DNA of 64,000 nt from Vulcanimicrobiota bacterium (GTDB taxonomy: Bacteria > Vulcanimicrobiota > Xenobia > Xenobiales > JADMJV01). The notes below the pieces were generated by a model, which did no database searches, was not told the DNA's origin, and saw nothing but the letters and a program-made list of their open reading frames with translations. Shown piece by piece: positions 57,842 to 64,000 of the stretch; position 1 is the stretch's first letter; every line of letters begins with the position of its first letter. Both the position numbers and the translations under genes were made by a program. The DNA is taken from positions 160,001-224,000 of the forward strand of contig JBFWNU010000007.1 of assembly GCA_050250895.1 (NCBI GenBank), read 5' to 3'.

Positions 57842-58125
57842 GAATTTCTCTCGAAACTTTCCGCCCCGCGTGAGCTAGTTTCACGCTGATCTCGAGTGCT
57901 GGTAAGCCTTTGCGCACAAGGCTCGAACACACTTTTGGGGGGCGGAGTCGAGGTTTCGGCCGGTTCCCCTGCTGGTATAAGTTACCAGATCGGATGACCC
58001 GAAGGGATAGTGCTGTTGAGCGCAGAATTTGGGTTGCCCGACGCGGGGGGGATTGCGACCGACCAACGGTCTCACAAATATTCGACGGTGTGATTCACCT
58101 TCACACATAGAGCGAGGAGTGCTTG

Positions 58126-60891
58126 GTGACTAGCAAGAACGGCAAAACGACAAAGAAAAAGCTTTTTTTGATCGATGGAAATGGTCTGGCCTACCGAGCG
58201 TTTTACGCGGTTTCGCCCATGCAGACATCTTCGGGTATACCGGTGAACGCTGTGGCCGGCTTCGTCGACATGGTGCTTCGCCTTTTGAAGACCGAAAAGC
58301 CCACCCACGTGGCCGTAGCCTTCGACAAAGGGATCCCTACCGAGCGGCTTGACGCCTATCAGGACTACAACGCCCAGCGCGTCGACATGCCTGAAGATCT
58401 GGCCGTGCAATTGCCGATCATTGAAGACTTCGTGCGCGCCCTGGGCGTGCCGGTGTTCAGGGTGCATGGTCACGAAGCCGACGATTGTCTGGGAACGCTC
58501 GCCCACCGGGCCGCCAAGGAAGACTTCGAGGTCTTGATCCTCTCGGGTGACCTCGGCTTGCTGCAACTGGTCGGTCCCAACACCCGGGTGTTGACCACCC
58601 GGCGAGGCATCTCGGACATGGTCATCTATGACGAGAAGTCGGTCAAGAAGCGCTTCAATCTCAAGCCCCAACAGTTGGCCGACCTGCGCGCGCTGGCCGG
58701 TGATTCCTCGGACAACATCACGGGCGTGCCCGGCATCGGCGAGGTTACCGCCAAGAAGCTCCTGTCGCAGCACGGCAGCCTCGAAGACTTGCTTCGGTCC
58801 CTGCATCAGCTACCGGCCAAATGGCGCAATCCTCTGTCCGAGAACAAGGCTCAGGCTCTCGAGTTCAAAGCCCGTGCCTCGATCCGCACTGACCTCGAGC
58901 TGGATATCGATTGGGACAAGTGCCTCTACAGCGGCGTTCCCGTCGAACGTGTGGGCGAGATCTATCAGCGGATGGAGCTCGACAAAGTCCTCGAAGCTTT
59001 GCCCAAGGCCGGCGAACCTGGGGTCGCTGCCGAAGAGAAGCCCGATACGGTCTATTTAGTGACCGGCAAGAAGGCTCGCACCGAGTTGGCCTCTTTGGCG
59101 AAGTCCAAGGCGCCCCTCTCGATCCTCTTCCTGGGGGCCGGCAAGGAGATGGTCGGCCTGGCGGTAGCCGAAGGCGACGCCAAGGCCGTGATCGTGCCGA
59201 TCGGGAAGGGCGCCAAAGCCGTGCCGCTGACCGAAGCCTTCAAGATTCTCCAGCCTGCTCTGGAAGACCCCAAGCGTCGCAAGAACGTCCACAATCTGCG
59301 TTCGTTCCTGATGCTCGAGGTTTCTCGGGGCCTGGATCCGGGTCGCCACTTCTTCGATGTGGGCGTGGCTTCGCATCTGCTCGACTCGCGCGAGGGTAAT
59401 CCCTGGCTCGATGAGGTGGCTCGTCGCTACGGTCTTGATATTCCCGGCGAAGGCGAGTTGCTGGGCCACGGCAGCGGCTATCGCAAGCTCTCTGAAGTGC
59501 CCCTCGAAGAGCTGTCCGATTGGGCGGGACGGCGTGTGCTGGGTCTGGCTCGGCTGGCCCAGCGCCTCGAGGCTCACCTGGAAGAGAACGATCTGGCCGC
59601 TCAGTATTACACGGTCGAGTTGCCGACGGTAGTCGTCTTCTCCAAGCTCGAGCGCGACGGCGTGCCCCTCGACAAGAAGGGGCTCTCGGCGCTGGGTGAG
59701 GCCATCGATTCCCAACTGGCCGAACTCAAGACTCGCATCTATGAGGCCGCCGGAGGCAATTTCGACTTCGACGACCCTAAAGAGCTGGCCGAGGTGTTGT
59801 TCGATCGCATGGCCCTGGCTGTTTCGGCCCGTCCTAAAAATGGTGCCCTGATCGGTAATGACATCTTGACGCAGATCGCCGACCAAAACCCGATCGGGCT
59901 GATGATTCGCGACCACCGCGAGTTGACCTCACTGCGGGCTTCGTTCCAGCTGGCCCTGACTCGCTTCGAGACGCCTCGCCACGGTTGGTTCCAGCGGAGC
60001 GCCCAGTTCCCGGTCACCAACTCCGAGCGGCTCTTGTGGATGGGTCCGGCTGCCGTAGGCGGGGCGGTTGCCACCTTCAACCGGTTGCTCTCCGAGGTCG
60101 AGGGGTTGCCCAATGTCGAATTGCGTAAGCAGTTGTCATCGATGTTGCTAAAGTGCCTCAAGACCTCCAAGCGCAACCATATGTTGCTGGGCTTTGGTTA
60201 TGACCAGTTTCAGCTACGCTTGGCCGCCCATCTTTCCGGCGAGAGCAGCCTGATCGGTGGCTTCGTCAAGCACGATGATGTCGAGGCGATGCTGGCCAGT
60301 CAGGTTTCCGGCGGCGAACTGCTCAACGGAGACCGTCAGGACCTGGTCGATTCGTTGCTGGGCTCGATTGGTGCCCACCGTCTGGCCCGTCGGACCGGAA
60401 TGAGCCCGGAAGATGCCAGTGCGGCAATTCAGACCTACCTGGCCCGCTTCTATGAGAACTATAAGGGGATGGAAGCGTATTTTCAGGGAGAGCTCAACAA
60501 GGTGAAAAGCCGCGGCTGGGTCTCGAGTATCACCGGACGGCGGCGTAATCTGCCCGAGATGTCGAGCCGCAACTCCGACATTCGCGACACGGCCGAGCGC
60601 ATCGCTCGCAACGCCGCCATTCAGTCCTCGGCGGCCGATATTCTCAAGAAGGTACTGGTCGAAATCGATCGCGAGCTGCAAACCGAAAAGCTAAACGCCT
60701 CGATGGTGATGCAATTGCGGGACTTCGTGATTCTCGAGGTCGCCAAGGAGGATGTCGAGGACGTGGCCGACCGGGTGGAACGCCTGATGCATAAAGCTTT
60801 CGGGCTAGATGTGCCCCTGCAGATCACGATTTGTCAGGGCAAGGCCTGGAGTGACTGCAAGGAACTCAAGCGCGCCGCCCTTCGCCGCTAG
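58126..60891 (+). CDS. polA: DNA polymerase I-like protein with a near-intact 5'-3' exonuclease and degenerate polymerase motifs
   Basis: 5' nuclease LIDG..LAYRAFY, VAFD, EADD and GDSSDNI.GVPGIG. The PolA C-terminal scaffold (HLSGE, GRRR.LP, AERIARNAAIQSSAADI.K, L.VPL) is present, but motif A reads GYDQFQLR and motif C reads QLRDF. Confidence 0.85.
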   Translation: MTSKNGKTTKKKLFLIDGNGLAYRAFYAVSPMQTSSGIPVNAVAGFVDMVLRLLKTEKPTHVAVAFDKGIPTERLDAYQDYNAQRVDMPEDLAVQLPIIEDFVRALGVPVFRVHGHEADDCLGTLAHRAAKEDFEVLILSGDLGLLQLVGPNTRVLTTRRGISDMVIYDEKSVKKRFNLKPQQLADLRALAGDSSDNITGVPGIGEVTAKKLLSQHGSLEDLLRSLHQLPAKWRNPLSENKAQALEFKARASIRTDLELDIDWDKCLYSGVPVERVGEIYQRMELDKVLEALPKAGEPGVAAEEKPDTVYLVTGKKARTELASLAKSKAPLSILFLGAGKEMVGLAVAEGDAKAVIVPIGKGAKAVPLTEAFKILQPALEDPKRRKNVHNLRSFLMLEVSRGLDPGRHFFDVGVASHLLDSREGNPWLDEVARRYGLDIPGEGELLGHGSGYRKLSEVPLEELSDWAGRRVLGLARLAQRLEAHLEENDLAAQYYTVELPTVVVFSKLERDGVPLDKKGLSALGEAIDSQLAELKTRIYEAAGGNFDFDDPKELAEVLFDRMALAVSARPKNGALIGNDILTQIADQNPIGLMIRDHRELTSLRASFQLALTRFETPRHGWFQRSAQFPVTNSERLLWMGPAAVGGAVATFNRLLSEVEGLPNVELRKQLSSMLLKCLKTSKRNHMLLGFGYDQFQLRLAAHLSGESSLIGGFVKHDDVEAMLASQVSGGELLNGDRQDLVDSLLGSIGAHRLARRTGMSPEDASAAIQTYLARFYENYKGMEAYFQGELNKVKSRGWVSSITGRRRNLPEMSSRNSDIRDTAERIARNAAIQSSAADILKKVLVEIDRELQTEKLNASMVMQLRDFVILEVAKEDVEDVADRVERLMHKAFGLDVPLQITICQGKAWSDCKELKRAALRR

Positions 60892-60907
60892 CCTTCGCGG
60901 TCTGAAA

Positions 60908-60943
60908 AAATTAGAAACCCCGAGAAATCGGGGTTTCTAATTT
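60908..60943. terminator. Perfect 16-bp inverted repeat (terminator-like, possibly bidirectional)
   Basis: AAATTAGAAACCCCGA-gaaa-TCGGGGTTTCTAATTT. Confidence 0.8.
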
Positions 60944-61041
60944 CCGGCTTAGAGGAATATATATGGGACAAGTGGAACCGCTGAACCCGTTCGGGCCATC
61001 CTGCCGATGGCACAAGAGCAACTACTAGGAGAAATACAGAC

Positions 61042-62463
61042 ATGACCAACGCACAACCGACTGAGACGACGTCTTCGGAAACGACGCCTACTGGCGAGAA
61101 TGCCGCCACACCCAAGGCCGAGGAGTCGATGGAGTCTTTAATGGCCAGCCACGAGGCCTATGAGGATTCGTTCAAACAACTCAAGCGGGGCGAGGTCCTC
61201 ACCGGTCGTGTCGTACAAATCAATGAAGACAGCGTGATGGTTGACGTTGGTTACAAGACGGAAGGGATCGTGCCCCTGAATCAGCTGTCTCACCAGCGTG
61301 ACGTGAATCCCCATGAGGTGGTCAGCGTAGGTGACGAGATCACCGTAGTGGTCAAGAAGATCAACGACACCGAGGGCACGGTGGTGCTCTCTAAGAAGCA
61401 GGCTGACCTCGAGTCAGCCTGGCTGCGGGTCAACGACGCTTTCGAGAACGGAGAGGTCATCACGGCGACCTGCACCGAGCAGGTCAAAGGCGGCCTGATT
61501 GTCGACCTGGGACTGCGCGGCTTCGTGCCCGCCTCGCACGTCGACACTCGCCCGGTTCACGACCTGTCTGACTATGTGGGCGAACTGCTCCACCTCAAGG
61601 TGCTCGAGATCGATCGCGGCCGGCGTAAAATCGTTCTTTCGCGCAAGAAAGCTCTGGAAGAAGAGCGTAGCAAGATGAAAGAGCAGACCATGGCCGAACT
61701 CGAAGAGGGCCAGATCGTCAGTGGGCACGTGGCTCGCTTGACCAACTTCGGTGCCTTCATCAATCTCGGCGGGGTTGACGGGCTGGTTCACATCTCCGAG
61801 TTGTCGTGGAAGCGCATCAAGCACCCCAACGAAGTGGTTCGCGTGGGCGAGGCAGTCGAAGTGCGAGTGCTCAGTGTCGACCGCAGCCGCGAACGCATCT
61901 CCTTGTCGCTCAAGCAGGCCCGCCCTGACCCCTGGATGACCATGTCCGAGTCGCTGCGGGTCGGCCAGGTTCTCGATGGCCGCGTAACCAAGCTGGCCAA
62001 GAACTATGCCTTCGTCGAGATTGCCGAGGGAGTGGAAGGGCTGGTGCCTCTCAACGAACTTTCTGACTACAAAGTGGTCAAGCCGTCCGAGGTGCTCAAG
62101 CCCGACCAGCCGGTCAAGGTCAAAGTGATCGACGTCAAGCCCGACCAGCGTCGCATTACCCTGTCGATTCGCCAGGCTAGCGGCGGCAGCGGCGGGCCGG
62201 TCCCGGCGTCGGCTTCCTCCGGCTCTGGCGGTGGGTTCACCATCGGCGACCGGCTTCCGGCCAACCTTAAAGCCATGCTCGGCGTGGAAGGTGAGGCTAA
62301 TCAACAGCCCGAGGCCAAGCCTGAGAAGGCTGAGAAGCCTGAAAAGGCTGAGAAGCCTGAAAAGGCCGCCGAGCCGGCCGAGACCCCCGAAGCCTCAGAG
62401 GCCCCAGAAGCCCCGGCCGAAGCTCCGGTCGAGGCAGAGACGAACCAGGAAGTTAGCAACTGA
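61042..62463 (+). CDS. rpsA: 30S ribosomal protein S1 (four S1 domains, acidic tail with KPEKAE repeats)
   Basis: VDVGYKTEG, GLRGFVPASH, FGAFINLGGVDGLVHISEL and GVEGLVPLNE; SD AGGAG. Confidence 0.95.
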   Translation: MTNAQPTETTSSETTPTGENAATPKAEESMESLMASHEAYEDSFKQLKRGEVLTGRVVQINEDSVMVDVGYKTEGIVPLNQLSHQRDVNPHEVVSVGDEITVVVKKINDTEGTVVLSKKQADLESAWLRVNDAFENGEVITATCTEQVKGGLIVDLGLRGFVPASHVDTRPVHDLSDYVGELLHLKVLEIDRGRRKIVLSRKKALEEERSKMKEQTMAELEEGQIVSGHVARLTNFGAFINLGGVDGLVHISELSWKRIKHPNEVVRVGEAVEVRVLSVDRSRERISLSLKQARPDPWMTMSESLRVGQVLDGRVTKLAKNYAFVEIAEGVEGLVPLNELSDYKVVKPSEVLKPDQPVKVKVIDVKPDQRRITLSIRQASGGSGGPVPASASSGSGGGFTIGDRLPANLKAMLGVEGEANQQPEAKPEKAEKPEKAEKPEKAAEPAETPEASEAPEAPAEAPVEAETNQEVSN

Positions 62464-63065
62464 GTCTGGTCCTCGGGCTGACGGGCGGGATCGCGGCGGG
62501 CAAGAGCACGGTCGCGGAGATGCTCGCGGACCTCGGAGCCACCGTCATTGATGCCGATCAGGTGAGCCGCAGGCTGATGCAGCCGGGTTCGCCTGTTTTG
62601 CTTTCCCTGGCCGACGCCTTCGGCCCCGAGACCCTCGATGCGCAAGGCGAACTCAACCGCGCCTGGCTGGGCGAGCGAGTGTTTGGCGACGAAGTTGCCC
62701 TGGCGCGCCTGAACGCCCTGACGCACCCGCCGATCTGGCGGGCCATTAGTGAAGACATCGAGGCTCTGCGCGGGCGTGTGCCGGTCATCGTGTTGATGGC
62801 TCCACTGCTCTACGAGCATCAAGCCGAAGACCGCGTGGACGAGGTCTGGGTGATCGACCTCTCGGCCGAGTCCCAGCTTCAGCGCCTTCAACAACGGAAC
62901 GGCCTCAGTCTCGAGGCCGCTCGCGCCCGGGTGGCCGCCCAGATGCCCATCGCAGAGAAGGCTCGCCGGGCCGATGTGGTCATCGACAATTCCCGCTCAC
63001 TGGAGGCAACCCGCCAACAGGTCGAGAACTGTTGGAATAGCCGGATTCTACCCCGCCTTTCCTGA
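62460..63065 (+). CDS. coaE: Dephospho-CoA kinase (probable CTG start)
   Basis: The Walker A LGLTGGIAAGKSTV lies upstream of the first ATG (62520). IDAD, LNR..LG..VF, THP, PLLYE, AQMP and ADVVIDN are present. Confidence 0.93.
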   Translation: MSLVLGLTGGIAAGKSTVAEMLADLGATVIDADQVSRRLMQPGSPVLLSLADAFGPETLDAQGELNRAWLGERVFGDEVALARLNALTHPPIWRAISEDIEALRGRVPVIVLMAPLLYEHQAEDRVDEVWVIDLSAESQLQRLQQRNGLSLEAARARVAAQMPIAEKARRADVVIDNSRSLEATRQQVENCWNSRILPRLS

Positions 63066-63689
63066 ATGACCATTCGACCGCTCGCAGAAGAAACTCGCCC
63101 CCGTCGCCGACCCTGGCTTACTCCTCGAAGCTCTCCCAACCGTCGGCCACGGCCGACGGTGTCTCGGCGTCGCCTGGTGTGGCTAGCTCTGGGCTTGTTC
63201 GGTTGTCTGATGCTGGTGGGACGCTGGCTGGTCCCGCTAGGTTACCCCACAGCCATTCGGCAGGCCTCGCTCGAGGCCGGTCTCGACCCTTACCTGGTGG
63301 CTTCGGTAGTGTTTCAAGAGAGTCGCGGTCGGGCCCAGGCCCGCTCCCATGTGGGCGCGGTGGGACTGATGCAGCTGATGCCTGAAACGGCCGCCTGGAT
63401 CGGCCATCGCCACGATGTCTCGTGGCAGGCAGAGGAGCTGGCCGACCCCGAGCTGAATCTCCGTCTCGGGACGCTCTATCTACGCTATTTGATGCGTGAG
63501 TTTGCCAATAACGAGACTTCTGCCCTGGCCGCCTATAATGCGGGTCCAGGTGTGGTCTCTGGTTGGCAGGGCGAGGGGTCTCTCGAGCCCGACGAGATCC
63601 GCTATCCCGAGACCAGACACTATGTGCGCCGGATCCAGGCCGTGCGGCGGGTGCTACCGCTGCTGTATCCCGAACTGGCCCTGCGCTAA
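63066..63689 (+). CDS. Lytic transglycosylase (SLT domain), membrane-anchored
   Basis: LDPYLVASVVFQES, GAVGLMQLMPETA, NLRLGT.YL, ALAAYNAG and ETRHYV. Confidence 0.92.
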   Translation: MTIRPLAEETRPRRRPWLTPRSSPNRRPRPTVSRRRLVWLALGLFGCLMLVGRWLVPLGYPTAIRQASLEAGLDPYLVASVVFQESRGRAQARSHVGAVGLMQLMPETAAWIGHRHDVSWQAEELADPELNLRLGTLYLRYLMREFANNETSALAAYNAGPGVVSGWQGEGSLEPDEIRYPETRHYVRRIQAVRRVLPLLYPELALR

Positions 63690-63705
63690 CGCAAGAGGAG
63701 CCAAG

Positions 63706-64000
63706 ATGATGATGACCGACTCTAAAGAGAAGTCCAGCAAACCTATTACGAGTTTCTCGAGCTGCGTCGACGAGGACGTGGTGATTTATGTGGCCGAGGC
63801 CGAGCAGCTGAGTCCGCTGGACCTGCCTATCGACAAGGGGTGTTTGGAGGCCCGCCTGGTGGGGGTTGACCGCAAGGGTATTTGGATTGAGCCCGCCGCC
63901 TGGTTGTCTCGAGGCCTTGATTCTGGCGACCAGATTGGCCATGTCTTCCTGAAGTGGGATAACGTGCTGTCGGTCGTTCGCAAAATCGAAAGCGATCTGT
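63706..64000 (+). CDS. Hypothetical protein, 3'-truncated (possible Sm/LSm-like fold)
   Basis: SD GAGGAG; the frame is open to the window end (..ARLVGVDRKGIWIE..HVFLKWDNVLSVV..). Not in the ORF track because no stop falls inside the window. Confidence 0.65.
   Translation, partial: MMMTDSKEKSSKPITSFSSCVDEDVVIYVAEAEQLSPLDLPIDKGCLEARLVGVDRKGIWIEPAAWLSRGLDSGDQIGHVFLKWDNVLSVVRKIESDL

Noticed and set aside
58089-58106. CRP-like site TGTGA..TCACA upstream of the polA-like gene
   Set aside because: The spacer is 7 nt rather than 6, so it is more likely a small hairpin.
62317-62370. 18-bp tandem repeat
   Set aside because: It is a coding low-complexity KPEKAE repeat within the S1 tail.

Overview
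A GC-rich bacterial chromosomal window with about 55 CDS. The gene content and the lineage-specific hypothetical proteins are compatible with Eremiobacterota/Vulcanimicrobiota (WPS-2), but this is a low-confidence inference. Housekeeping genes include deoB, an aspartate aminotransferase, an aspartokinase-homoserine dehydrogenase fusion, ftsY, glyA, hemQ, pepP, uvrB, rpsA, coaE and tRNA-Tyr(GTA). Main points of interest: (1) a full-length PolA-like gene whose polymerase motifs A/B/C are substituted while most of the 5' nuclease is kept; (2) a TPP riboswitch (minus strand) upstream of an unknown helical protein and an exported MBL-fold protein that lacks its metal ligands; (3) a 9.6 kb Wsp/ACF-type chemosensory cluster bounded by direct repeats (TAAGCCTCGATCA..GGGTG), with no integrase and a possible structured RNA at its left end; (4) a ~710 bp modular palindromic repeat array that is REP/BIME-like and not CRISPR; (5) convergent atypical PilT-family ATPases; (6) eukaryote-like SLC4 and GH162-like genes; (7) several hydrolase-like proteins with low-complexity N-terminal leaders and a shared upstream GTTAACAT motif. 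All calls come from motif recognition by eye; no searches were run.
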